Positions 18,884-28,814 of a stretch of DNA of 32,000 nt are shown here, piece by piece. This stretch comes from Caedibacter taeniospiralis. Its GTDB lineage: Bacteria > Pseudomonadota > Gammaproteobacteria > Francisellales > Francisellaceae. The translations under genes and the position numbers were made by a program. The notes under the pieces are model-generated. The model had not been told where the DNA came from and did no database searches. It was given only the letters and a program-made list of their open reading frames with translations. The DNA lies in the NCBI RefSeq assembly GCF_002803295.2, contig NZ_PGGB02000001.1, positions 77,477 to 109,476 on the forward strand, read 5' to 3'. Numbering within the stretch: the stretch's first letter is position 1; each line of letters starts with the position of its first letter.

Positions 18884-19080
18884 CACAAGCCTCCTGCGCT
18901 TTTTAATGACAACCGAAACAAGCTACCATCATCGCCAGCGAAGCGCAACCGTAAGATAAATGTTTTTACTTTTTAATGTCTTGAGAAAGATGGTTATTTA
19001 CGTTTCGGCATTGACCGTATTGCTGCCCGCAAAGGCGCATTTAATACGCCCCTACGTTTATTCATAAAAATTTCAGGCAT

Positions 19081-19104
19081 AAAAAAAGCGACTCAAGGTC
19101 GCTT
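19081..19104 (-). terminator. Rho-independent terminator after rpsJ (str operon end)
   Basis: On the minus strand AAGCGAC-CTTGA-GTCGCTT (stem 19086..19092 with 19098..19104) followed by a T run from 19087 downward. Confidence 0.85.
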
Positions 19105-19146
19105 TTCGCAAGAAGGCATTGTATTGCAACAATGCTCAATTTAGTC

Positions 19147-19470
19147 TCAGTTTAAGCTGATCTGTACATCAACCCCCGCAGCCAGATCAAGTTTCATTAG
19201 GGCATCTACTGTTTTTTCAGTTGGCTCAACGATATCGATCAAACGCTTGTGAGTTCTGATTTCATACTGGTCACGAGCATCCTTATTAACGTGTGGAGAA
19301 ATCAGTATCGTGAAACGCTCTTTACGTACGGGAAGAGGGATAGGACCTCTTACCTGCGCGCCTGTTCTTTTTGCTGTTTCAACAATCTCTTTAGTTGATA
19401 GATCAATTAATTTATGGTCAAACGCTTTCAAGCGAATGCGAATGCGCTGGTTACTTATATTTGTTGCCAT
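19147..19470 (-). CDS. rpsJ: 30S ribosomal protein S10
   Basis: 107 aa; [73 protein letters not shown]. Confidence 0.98.
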   Translation of the reverse strand: MATNISNQRIRIRLKAFDHKLIDLSTKEIVETAKRTGAQVRGPIPLPVRKERFTILISPHVNKDARDQYEIRTHKRLIDIVEPTEKTVDALMKLDLAAGVDVQISLN

Positions 19471-19488
19471 TTTATTTCAACCTTCTAG

Positions 19489-21585
19489 TTATGAGTTACG
19501 CTTTTTAATGATGTCTTCTGCAATATTATTTGGCACTTCTGCATACTTTTCAAACTCCATAGAGAATGACGCACGCCCTTGAGAGATTGAGCGTACATTC
19601 GTTGCATAACCAAACATCTCCGCCAATGGCACCAAAGCATTGACCACCTTACCACTTGGATTTTCATCCATGCCAGAGATCATGCCGCGACGACGGTTTA
19701 AGTCACCAATCACATCACCCATATACTCTTCAGGCATAACCACTTCAACTTTCATCAAAGGCTCCAGAATCACAGGCGACGCTTTTTGTGCACCCGCTTT
19801 GACAGCCATTGAACCCGCGATTTTAAATGCCATCTCAGATGAGTCCACATCGTGATATGAACCATCATAAAGCGTTGCTTTCACATCAATCATAGGATAT
19901 CCCGCAATGACGCCGTTCTTCAATTGCTCTTCAATCCCCTTACCGACGGCACCGATATATTCTCTAGGCACTGTACCACCAACGATCTGGTCGACAAACT
20001 CAAAGCCTTTACCCATTTCTTGCGGTTCCAACTTGATCCATACATGACCGTATTGACCACGACCACCAGACTGGCGAACAAACTTACCTTCCGCCTCAAC
20101 TTTTTGCTTAATTGTTTCGCGGTAAGCTACTTGTGGGTTACCTACATTCGCTTCTACTTTGAACTCACGCCTCATACGATCAACAATAATCTCCAGGTGA
20201 AGTTCACCCATTCCAGAGATAATCGTTTGACCTGATTCCTCGTCCGTATGTACGCGGAAAGATGGATCTTCTGCTGCTAGACGACCCAATGCTAAAGACA
20301 TTTTTTCCTGGTCTGCTTTTGATTTTGGCTCAACCGCCACTGAAATTACTGGCTCTGGGAAGTCCATACGCTCCAGTGTGATAATTTTATTCTCATCACA
20401 CAACGTATCCCCTGTTGTCACCTGTTTCAATCCAATACATGCCGCAATATCACCCGCACGGACTTCTTTGATTTCATCGCGCTTATTGGCGTGCATTTGA
20501 ACGATACGACCGATACGCTCTTTCTTACCTTTTACTGGGTTATAAACAGAGTCACCTGATTGCAGTACACCCGAGTAAACACGGATAAACGTCAGGTTAC
20601 CAATAAATGGATCTGCTGCTAATTTAAATGCAAGCGCTGCAAATGGCTCATCATCGGAAGATTTACGTGATGCTTCTGTACCATCTTCTAACTCGCCACG
20701 AATCGCAGGGACTTCATTTGGCGCAGGAAGATAACGCACCACACCATCAAGAACTGCCTGAACGCCTTTATTTTTAAACGCTGAACCACAGAATGCCAAT
20801 ACGATTTCGTTATTAATCACACGCTGACGTAATCCCGCATGAATCTCATCATCGGTTAGCTCTTCACCTTCAAGGTATTTATTCATCAATACTTCATTAG
20901 CCTCAGCAGCTGCTTCAACAACCCCCTGGCGAAGCTCTGCAGCGTGCTTATGAAGCCCAGCTGGAATTTCTTCTAATGTATAGGTTAAGCCTTTATCTTC
21001 CTCGTTCCACATGATTGCTTTCATGCGCACAAGGTCAATAACTCCTTTGAATTCTTCTTCAGCGCCAATATTTAGCTGCATAGGCACAACAGTCGCTTTC
21101 AAGCGCGTTCTGATTTGACCCAACACGCGCTCAAAGTTGGCTCCCGCTCTATCCATTTTGTTCACAAATACGATGCGCGGAACGCCATATTTATTTGCCT
21201 GGCGCCACACCGTTTCTGATTGTGGCTCAACACCAGAAGAACCACAGAAAACAACAACTGCACCATCTAATACGCGCAAAGAACGCTCTACTTCGATCGT
21301 GAAGTCCACGTGTCCTGGGGTGTCGATAATGTTAATGCGATGCTTGTCAAACTGTTTATCCATACCTTGCCAGAAAACAGTGGTCGCAGCAGAGGTAATC
21401 GTGATTCCACGCTCCTGTTCCTGCTCCATCCAGTCCATTGTTGCGGTACCATCATGCACCTCACCAATTTTGTGAGAAACACCTGTATAAAACAACACCC
21501 GCTCGGTGGTGGTTGTTTTTCCCGCATCAACGTGGGCACAGATGCCAATATTCCTGTATTTACTAAGTTCTGTCGCTCGTGACAT
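19489..21585 (-). CDS. fusA: Elongation factor G
   Basis: 698 aa; [52 protein letters not shown]. Confidence 0.98.
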   Translation of the reverse strand: MSRATELSKYRNIGICAHVDAGKTTTTERVLFYTGVSHKIGEVHDGTATMDWMEQEQERGITITSAATTVFWQGMDKQFDKHRINIIDTPGHVDFTIEVERSLRVLDGAVVVFCGSSGVEPQSETVWRQANKYGVPRIVFVNKMDRAGANFERVLGQIRTRLKATVVPMQLNIGAEEEFKGVIDLVRMKAIMWNEEDKGLTYTLEEIPAGLHKHAAELRQGVVEAAAEANEVLMNKYLEGEELTDDEIHAGLRQRVINNEIVLAFCGSAFKNKGVQAVLDGVVRYLPAPNEVPAIRGELEDGTEASRKSSDDEPFAALAFKLAADPFIGNLTFIRVYSGVLQSGDSVYNPVKGKKERIGRIVQMHANKRDEIKEVRAGDIAACIGLKQVTTGDTLCDENKIITLERMDFPEPVISVAVEPKSKADQEKMSLALGRLAAEDPSFRVHTDEESGQTIISGMGELHLEIIVDRMRREFKVEANVGNPQVAYRETIKQKVEAEGKFVRQSGGRGQYGHVWIKLEPQEMGKGFEFVDQIVGGTVPREYIGAVGKGIEEQLKNGVIAGYPMIDVKATLYDGSYHDVDSSEMAFKIAGSMAVKAGAQKASPVILEPLMKVEVVMPEEYMGDVIGDLNRRRGMISGMDENPSGKVVNALVPLAEMFGYATNVRSISQGRASFSMEFEKYAEVPNNIAEDIIKKRNS

Positions 21586-21600
21586 GAGTTTTCTCCAATC

Positions 21601-22478
<878 letters not shown>

Positions 22479-22536
22479 TATTTACTCCGTAGTTTTTTAA
22501 ACATCTGATCTTTGCTAAATATAAAAAGACGCGGCA

Positions 22537-22566
22537 TTATATACAAAAGGCATGCCAATTTGCAAG
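22537..22566 (-). promoter_or_regulatory. Putative sigma70-type promoter of the str operon
   Basis: Minus strand: TTGCAA (22566..22561), 18-nt spacer, TATAAT (22542..22537), upstream of rpsL. Confidence 0.6.
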
Positions 22567-22693
22567 AAGTGGATTTGGGTTTATTCTGATTTAACAGAGT
22601 TTCTTGCAAAATTATCTAAATTTTAATCAATTCAAACTGGAACCAATGTAATAATATTGAGGTGATGATACGAATGTTGATGCGAGTAAATTC

Positions 22694-22972
22694 ATGGATG
22701 ACTTGTTAGGTGGTGAGCTGACTATTGGTGAGGCGATTTATACCATAAGGGTAACAGAATATGCTGATTTAAAACAATCTGAGTTTGCGGACAAAATCGG
22801 AGTTTCAAAAAGCTACTTATGTGACTTAGAACACAACAGAAAGAGCATAAGCATTGCAAAGGCTATTGATGTAGCCAATAAACTAGGACAAAGCAAAAGG
22901 TTTTTTGTAACTTTAGCAGTGCAAGACTCGTTAAGAAGGAATAGCTTAAAGTATAAGGTTAATCTGGCTTAG
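22694..22972 (+). CDS. XRE/Cro-type HTH protein (antitoxin-like), possibly with a mutated start codon upstream
   Basis: 92 aa; DLKQSEFADKIGVSKSYLCDLEHNRKSISIAKAIDVANKLGQ. Family-like residues TNVDASKFMDD continue upstream in frame from 22670. Confidence 0.8.
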   Translation: MDDLLGGELTIGEAIYTIRVTEYADLKQSEFADKIGVSKSYLCDLEHNRKSISIAKAIDVANKLGQSKRFFVTLAVQDSLRRNSLKYKVNLA

Positions 22973-23068
22973 TGGGGCTGCTGAATAGTTATCACTAAGC
23001 TGTTGATTAAAATCCGATTTTTCGATTTTTAAAGAATCAAATCCCCCTTTGCTCTTTCAATATCAGGC

Positions 23069-23407
23069 TTAAAAAGCCGCTTTCACCCACTGAATTTCAC
23101 CCCCAGTAATACCAATAACATCAAAGCGGCATTCAGCATTCTGATATCGTGTATAACGCTGAAGGAAAATCTCCGCAGTTTTGCGAATCTTTATTTGTTT
23201 GGTTTTGCTCACCATGTCAAGTGCTGTGCCAAACTCAGCACTTCTTCTTGCCTTCACCTCAACAAATAGCACTATACCATCAAGGACGCCAATGAGATCA
23301 ATCTCACCCAGGGGGGTTGAAAAATTCTGACAAATGAGGCTAAAGCCATTTTGCTGTAAAAACTGACATGCCTGCTCTTCTGCATTTTGCCCTATTTGGC
23401 GACTCAT
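23069..23407 (-). CDS. yraN: UPF0102 (YraN-like) nuclease-fold protein
   Basis: 112 aa; GEQAEQ-like start (GQNAEEQACQFLQQNGF), GEIDLIGVLDGIVLFVEVKARR. Confidence 0.88.
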   Translation of the reverse strand: MSRQIGQNAEEQACQFLQQNGFSLICQNFSTPLGEIDLIGVLDGIVLFVEVKARRSAEFGTALDMVSKTKQIKIRKTAEIFLQRYTRYQNAECRFDVIGITGGEIQWVKAAF

Positions 23408-25426
23408 CTACATAATTCCATTGTGGCGCAATAGTGCATCGATTGTTGGTTTTTGCCCTCTAAAGGATTCAAATAATTTAGCCGCAGGCTCGGAGCCTCC
23501 CTTTTCCAGAACTTCACGCATAAACTTCAGCCCTATTGATCTGTTCAACACCGAGCTTTGAGATTCAAACACCGAAAAAGCATCACTTGACAACACTTCT
23601 GCCCACTTGTAACTGTAGTACCCTGCGGAATACCCCCCTGCAAAAATATGTGAAAAGCTATTTTCAAAACGATTATATACAGGGGGATTTATCAATGCCG
23701 TGGAATTTCTCACCTCTTCTAGTACTTGGTGAATATCCAAATGCTCAACCTCTGCCTGATGCAGTTTCATATCAAATAATGCAAACTCCAATTGCCGCAA
23801 CATTGCAAGCCCTGATTGATATCGTCTTGATTGAATCAGTTTTTCAAACAAGGATCTCGGCAAAGACGCTCCCGTTTCAATGTGACAAGACAATAAACCC
23901 AAGCCCTCCTCACACCAGCAAAAGTTTTCCATAAACTGACTTGGTAACTCCACGGCATCCCATTCCACACCATTGATTCCGGATACAGGAAGATGTTCTA
24001 CTTGCGTCAAAATATGGTGTAGCGCATGACCGAACTCATGAAATAACGTCAATACATCATTATGTGTTAATAGTGCCCCTTTATCCGCTTTTGGCGGCAT
24101 AAAGTTGCAGGTTACATAAGCAACTGGAATCTGTATGCTTTGATCCAGACGCCTGTACCGCGTGCGACATTCATCCATCCAGGCACCATCACGCTTATGC
24201 TCTCTGGCAAATAAATCAACGATGATCGCTCCTCTTAAAGCATGACTTTCATCATAAAATTCATATAAAGCTGTCTCAGCCTGGTAACGATCCCAGCTCG
24301 CCACCTCACTTGCCCTAATTCCATAAAGTGATTCAATGACTTTTAGCAAACCGTGGGTAACATGAGCTAGCGGGAAATAAGGGCGCAACTCTTCAGCCGT
24401 AAAGCTATATTTAGCCTTCTTCATTTTTTCACTATAGTAGCTAACATCCCAGGACTTAAGCTCTTTGCCATACCCTTCACTCTCAACAAATGCTTGAAGT
24501 TCCCTAAGTTCTTTTTGCGCTTGCGGCTTTGCTTTCTCACACAGATCCTTTAAAAAATGTATGACCTCATCCACTGAACTCGCCATTTTGCTTGCCAAAG
24601 AGACTTCAGCATAGTTTCTGAATCCTAAAAGCTCAGCCTCTTTTGCCCTTAACTGCATAATTTCCTGCATGATTGGTGCATTATCGAAACGTTTATTTTC
24701 TGCCTGATCTGATGCACGTGTCACATACGCATGATAAAAGGCTTCACGCAATTGACGATTGTCAGCTTGCTGCATGACCGAAATATACGTTGGCGCATCA
24801 AGTCCCAGACAAAACCCATCCTTCCCTTGCGCCTTGGCTTTTTCTCTAGCCTGTGCTTTAGTGTTGACCGACAACCCATTAAGCTCTTTTTCATCTTCGG
24901 TCCAGTAATGCCAAGCCATCGTTGCATCAAGCACGTTGTTCTCAAAATCACTTTGGATTTTCGCAAGCCTTGTGGCAACCTCCTCAAATTGACTGCGCTT
25001 ATCGTCATCAAGATCAACGCCAGAGAGCTTAAAAGCACGAATGGCATCTCCAATGGCCTTAATCTGTGCTAAATCCAGCGTTTTATCTTCCTTTAAGATG
25101 CGCTGATATGCTTCCAGCATGCGCCTATCTTGTGCGGTTTGAGTTGAATATTCTGAAATTTTCTCTACACACGCTTGAAAAACCTCGCGCAATTTGGGGG
25201 TGTTTTTGACTGCATTTAAATGCGCCAAAGGACCAAACGTCTTAGAAAGCCTGTCTTCTTCTTCCTCCATCGGATAAATGAAGTTATTCCAGGTTAATGC
25301 TTTTTGTTGCAGTAAATTTTCTTTTAATTCTCTACAGCGCCGTATACAAGTCTCTACCTCAGCTTGTGCCTGATTAATATCCAGTGTAGAGAAAACAGGC
25401 AGGTCTAAATTAATAACATTTCTCAT
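23408..25426 (-). CDS. prlC: Oligopeptidase A (M3 metallopeptidase)
   Basis: LTLFHEFGHALHHILTQ zinc motif and VEWDAVELPSQFMENFCW. Start at 25426 (MRNVINLD) is more plausible than the 25459 track start. Confidence 0.92.
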   Translation of the reverse strand: MRNVINLDLPVFSTLDINQAQAEVETCIRRCRELKENLLQQKALTWNNFIYPMEEEEDRLSKTFGPLAHLNAVKNTPKLREVFQACVEKISEYSTQTAQDRRMLEAYQRILKEDKTLDLAQIKAIGDAIRAFKLSGVDLDDDKRSQFEEVATRLAKIQSDFENNVLDATMAWHYWTEDEKELNGLSVNTKAQAREKAKAQGKDGFCLGLDAPTYISVMQQADNRQLREAFYHAYVTRASDQAENKRFDNAPIMQEIMQLRAKEAELLGFRNYAEVSLASKMASSVDEVIHFLKDLCEKAKPQAQKELRELQAFVESEGYGKELKSWDVSYYSEKMKKAKYSFTAEELRPYFPLAHVTHGLLKVIESLYGIRASEVASWDRYQAETALYEFYDESHALRGAIIVDLFAREHKRDGAWMDECRTRYRRLDQSIQIPVAYVTCNFMPPKADKGALLTHNDVLTLFHEFGHALHHILTQVEHLPVSGINGVEWDAVELPSQFMENFCWCEEGLGLLSCHIETGASLPRSLFEKLIQSRRYQSGLAMLRQLEFALFDMKLHQAEVEHLDIHQVLEEVRNSTALINPPVYNRFENSFSHIFAGGYSAGYYSYKWAEVLSSDAFSVFESQSSVLNRSIGLKFMREVLEKGGSEPAAKLFESFRGQKPTIDALLRHNGIM

Positions 25427-25523
25427 CGTATTTTTATTCCTTTGGCATAACTTCTTCATTCTGGTTGTGCTTTATAATACACTGATTCCACTGTGAAGAA
25501 ATACGAAAAAGTATCAATCAATA

Positions 25524-26168
25524 ATGCCCGCTGACCTCACTACTTACCTTAATGCCTTTGTAATGTTTATCATCCCTATGCTATTTGCCATCACACTGCA
25601 TGAGGCAGCGCATGGGTTTATTGCCAAACTTCGAGGCGACCAAACGGCTTATCTTATGGGGCGCGTGACACTTAACCCCATTAAGCACATCGATATTTTG
25701 GGAACGATTATTCTACCCACTGCCATGTTTCTATTAGGAACAGGCTTTCTTTTTGGCTGGGCAAAACCTGTTCCTGTTAATTTCAGCCATCTTAAAAAGC
25801 CGCGCCAAGACATGATTTTAGTGGCAATCGCAGGACCACTTGCCAACTTTGCTATGGCGATTATGTGGTTTTTATTATGGAAATTTGTCCCTAACTTTGG
25901 CTTCCACCAAATGGCACAATTTGGTGTTGTACTGAACTTAATGCTGATGGTGTTTAATCTACTGCCCATCCCACCTCTAGATGGCAGTCGCGTCGTTAGC
26001 GCCCTACTGCCCTATAAAGCCACTTTGCAATACAATCGCCTTGAGCGCTGGGGATTTCTAATCGTGCTGCTCTTATTGTTTATCCCCTTTGGTCAGTCAA
26101 ATTTACTTGCAAGCATACTGATCCCAATCATCAACAAACTCTATCAGCTCGTTCAGTTTATCTTTTGA
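25524..26168 (+). CDS. Site-2 protease (M50) family membrane metalloprotease
   Basis: 214 aa; ITLHEAAHGFIAKLRGD (HExxH-type motif), NPIKHIDILGTIILP, FNLLPIPPLDGSRV. Confidence 0.92.
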   Translation: MPADLTTYLNAFVMFIIPMLFAITLHEAAHGFIAKLRGDQTAYLMGRVTLNPIKHIDILGTIILPTAMFLLGTGFLFGWAKPVPVNFSHLKKPRQDMILVAIAGPLANFAMAIMWFLLWKFVPNFGFHQMAQFGVVLNLMLMVFNLLPIPPLDGSRVVSALLPYKATLQYNRLERWGFLIVLLLLFIPFGQSNLLASILIPIINKLYQLVQFIF

Positions 26169-26176
26169 GGTTAAGA

Positions 26177-26548
26177 ATGCAATTAGCACATGAAAAACCA
26201 GACACCGTGATTTACGTAAAACATTACCAGCATGGACAACTGACGCTACCACAAAAAATCCTTCATAACAGCGTTATTATTACCCCTGAAATGATCCTTC
26301 AGGAAAATTGGGGTGTGCGAGATATTGATAAGCTTGACGTTCATGAGCTTTCAGGCTTTATTGGATTTGACGCTAATATTTATCTCCTTGGCACAGGGAG
26401 GACGATCCAAATCCCCAAAGATGAGATAATAATCGCATTCGCGCGCTTAGGGAAGTCGCTGGATTTTATGGACTCAGCCGCGGCATGCCGCACATTCAAC
26501 ATTCTTGCCAATGAAGGACGCAATGTGGTTGCTGCAATTATTGTATAG
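26177..26548 (+). CDS. Mth938-like (DUF498/NDUFAF3-type) protein
   Basis: IYLLGTGRTIQIP ... DFMDSAAACRTFNILANEGRNVVAAIIV. ATG at 26177 is preceded by GAGG; the track start 26165 is a TTG. Confidence 0.82.
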   Translation: MQLAHEKPDTVIYVKHYQHGQLTLPQKILHNSVIITPEMILQENWGVRDIDKLDVHELSGFIGFDANIYLLGTGRTIQIPKDEIIIAFARLGKSLDFMDSAAACRTFNILANEGRNVVAAIIV

Positions 26549-26644
26549 CCTGAATTTACTCACGGTGATCCCTGCAAAAAGTCAACTTCCTTTCATTCTC
26601 CATTAATTTTTAGATAACCTAACTTGATATCCCTTTACTACCTG

Positions 26645-26677
26645 CCCTGATTAGGATTATAGTAATCAGGGATTTTT
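26645..26677 (+). terminator. Rho-independent terminator
   Basis: CCCTGATTA (26645..26653), loop GGATTATAG, TAATCAGGG (26663..26671), then ATTTTTA. Confidence 0.8.
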
Positions 26678-26707
26678 ATATGTTCAACACAATAGAAGGA
26701 AGAAAAA

Positions 26708-27241
26708 ATGAAAAAACTCAATCTGCTTAGCATCATTTCAGGTACCGTTTTACTATCAGCGTGCGCAACTCCGCCTAACACGTCAGCGCCTGCTTTAGCC
26801 AACGAAAAGAGTGAGGCTGGCGCTCATGCGATGATGGGAGCATCAGAATTATTTGATAGCGCAGAAGCAACAGAAACGACTCATGACACTACATTACCCA
26901 CCTCAACAGTTAAACTAAGTGCTAAAGACGGTCGCTTAACTGCTAAAGTGTATACGGATTGGAATGGAGCAAAACAAGGCACTTTAAGACTTCACTGGAT
27001 TGCACCAAGCGAGTCACATTGCATGAGCACTACTTTCCCAATTATGAAATACAAAGAAGCAAGCGACTACTCGTGGGCTTATAGAACACTGCAACATGAA
27101 AGTGCCGATGGTTCTATCGCTTGTCCTGGTGTGTGGAAAGCAGAAGTGCTTTACACTCCAACCAAAGTCGTTGTGGGCAAGACCGAGCTTAATGTCTCTG
27201 CTGAAAGCACACTGACGCCAACTAAAGCGGCAACTAAATAG
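26708..27241 (+). CDS. Putative lipoprotein of unknown function
   Basis: 177 aa; signal peptide with lipobox MKKLNLLSIISGTVLLSAC. Confidence 0.75.
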   Translation: MKKLNLLSIISGTVLLSACATPPNTSAPALANEKSEAGAHAMMGASELFDSAEATETTHDTTLPTSTVKLSAKDGRLTAKVYTDWNGAKQGTLRLHWIAPSESHCMSTTFPIMKYKEASDYSWAYRTLQHESADGSIACPGVWKAEVLYTPTKVVVGKTELNVSAESTLTPTKAATK

Positions 27242-27324
27242 TTTTTTGACAAGTCCTTGGTATTCTTTGCCTATCCAGAAAAATGGGCTTAGGCAAATTT
27301 TCCGCCCAAACAAAAGTCACGGTC

Positions 27325-27344
27325 ATTCCCGCGAAGGCGGGAAT
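27325..27344. repeat. Short GC-rich palindrome
   Basis: ATTCCCGC-GAAG-GCGGGAAT, 8-bp perfect stem. Confidence 0.7.
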
Positions 27345-27467
27345 CCAGCTTTTAAATGACTCCTGCAACCTCGCATAGGGTGACAGTGGGCGGGAAGATG
27401 GTCGGAGCCGAAAAATGACTGATCCAGTAAAAATTTAAGAGCGCAAGCAACCTCGCAAGGATCAGTT

Positions 27468-28625
27468 ATGCACGCACTCAACAAAAACACAATAGACGCC
27501 TTAATAGACATCCACAGTTACTCACCACCTGAACTTGATGTCAAGAAACATTACAACTCGAGCTACCAACATGTCTTACTCACTGGTGCCAACGGCTATT
27601 TAGGCGTTCATCTAATTGATGAGCTGCTTAAACACACAGACGCTTTGGTTTATTGTGCAATTCGAGCAGAGTCAATATCAGAAGCCCAGAAGAAACTCGA
27701 TCTTAACCTACATCGCTATGGCTTCTTTGAGCATACAGCCAACCCGAGGCTTTATATTGTTTTAGTTGACCTGGCTAAACCGCAACTTGGATTAGAGGGT
27801 CTAAAATGGCAGGCAATGTGTGAAACCATTGACGCCATTTATCACAACGGTGCGTACGTCCACCACCTGCAAACCTACGAGCGCATGGCTCCCACTAATG
27901 TCGGCAGCACAACGGCAATCATTGAACTGGCAAGCCAAATAAAACTTAAACGCATTCATTTCATCTCAACTAAATATGCTGCGGTTAATTGCGTGTCAAC
28001 CATCGCCAAAGAAGGCATGCCTACTATTGCGCCTATTCATCCTGATATTAGCTTCGGCTATACCACCACTAAATGGACAGCTGAATGGCTATTGTGGAAA
28101 GCACAAGAAAATGGCATCCCTGTTGATATTTATCGCTTGGGTCAAATCACAGGACAATCGACAAGTGGCAAGAGTAATTATGAAAAAAACAATTTAACTC
28201 ATTTTATCTTGGGCTGTATCGACATGGGTTATGCACCTGATTTACAAGCACAGCACGAGATGATTCCAGTTGACCAGGCTGCCAAGAGCATCATATCTCT
28301 GTCTTTGCTGACATACCAAAAAGCCAATGGCTGGAACCTCGTTAATAATTTACAAATTACGCATGGTGATATCTTTACGATTATCAATGAACTCGGTTAT
28401 TCTATCAAAAAATTGCCACCTATCATTTGGCGCGAAAAACTCCAAAAAATTGATCAAAGTAACCCGCTTTTTCCCTTAATTTCTTACTATAACAATGACG
28501 AAACGATGCCTTTTATCACAACAGAAAATCACAAAACCATGGTCGCATTAAAAAAGCTGGGCATCAATATTACTGAAGATTATCACGCGCTTTTTAAACG
28601 CTATCTTCACTATTGGCAGAGATAG
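27468..28625 (+). CDS. Standalone thioester reductase-type extended SDR (NRPS/PKS terminal reductase-like)
   Basis: 385 aa; HVLLTGANGYLGVHLIDELLKHT, IYHNGAYVHHLQTYERMAPTNVGSTTAIIELA, STKYA, SFGYTTTKWTAEWLLWKA, PVDIYRLGQITGQSTSG. Confidence 0.82.
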   Translation: MHALNKNTIDALIDIHSYSPPELDVKKHYNSSYQHVLLTGANGYLGVHLIDELLKHTDALVYCAIRAESISEAQKKLDLNLHRYGFFEHTANPRLYIVLVDLAKPQLGLEGLKWQAMCETIDAIYHNGAYVHHLQTYERMAPTNVGSTTAIIELASQIKLKRIHFISTKYAAVNCVSTIAKEGMPTIAPIHPDISFGYTTTKWTAEWLLWKAQENGIPVDIYRLGQITGQSTSGKSNYEKNNLTHFILGCIDMGYAPDLQAQHEMIPVDQAAKSIISLSLLTYQKANGWNLVNNLQITHGDIFTIINELGYSIKKLPPIIWREKLQKIDQSNPLFPLISYYNNDETMPFITTENHKTMVALKKLGINITEDYHALFKRYLHYWQR

Positions 28626-28697
28626 GTTTGGATTGTAGAGACGGGTTTGAAACCCATGAAACCCTGGAAAGTATCTATCAGTGCAAGATAGCAAGCT

Positions 28698-28814
28698 AGG
28701 GGTCAGGTCTGAAACCTGACATTTTCGAATGCGCGCCTGAGCGTAAACCCACTTCACTTGCACCAAAAAAAGTTACCTACTTCGGCTAGTGTCAAATTTC
28801 AGGTCTGACCCCCT
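28698..28814. repeat. MITE/REP-like element with ~25-bp imperfect terminal inverted repeats
   Basis: Left end AGGGGTCAGGTCTGAAACCTGACA; reverse complement of right end AGGGGGTCAGACCTGAAATTTGACA. About 117 bp. Confidence 0.75.

Noticed and set aside
19310-19582. 90-aa plus-strand ORF across rpsJ/fusA
   Set aside because: Antisense to ribosomal protein and EF-G coding sequence.
26165-26548. Considered as aspartate decarboxylase (PanD) or similar because of its small size
   Set aside because: It lacks the PanD Gly-Ser processing motif; the AACRTFNILANEGRNVVAA ending fits the Mth938/DUF498 family instead.
27014-27313. Antisense 99-aa ORF opposite the lipoprotein
   Set aside because: Mostly antisense to 26708..27241 and without recognisable motifs.
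28640-28690. Short palindromes GGGTTT-G-AAACCC and CTATC...GATAG downstream of the thioester reductase
   Set aside because: Short stems with no T run; could be part of a degraded repeat but not strong enough to call separately.
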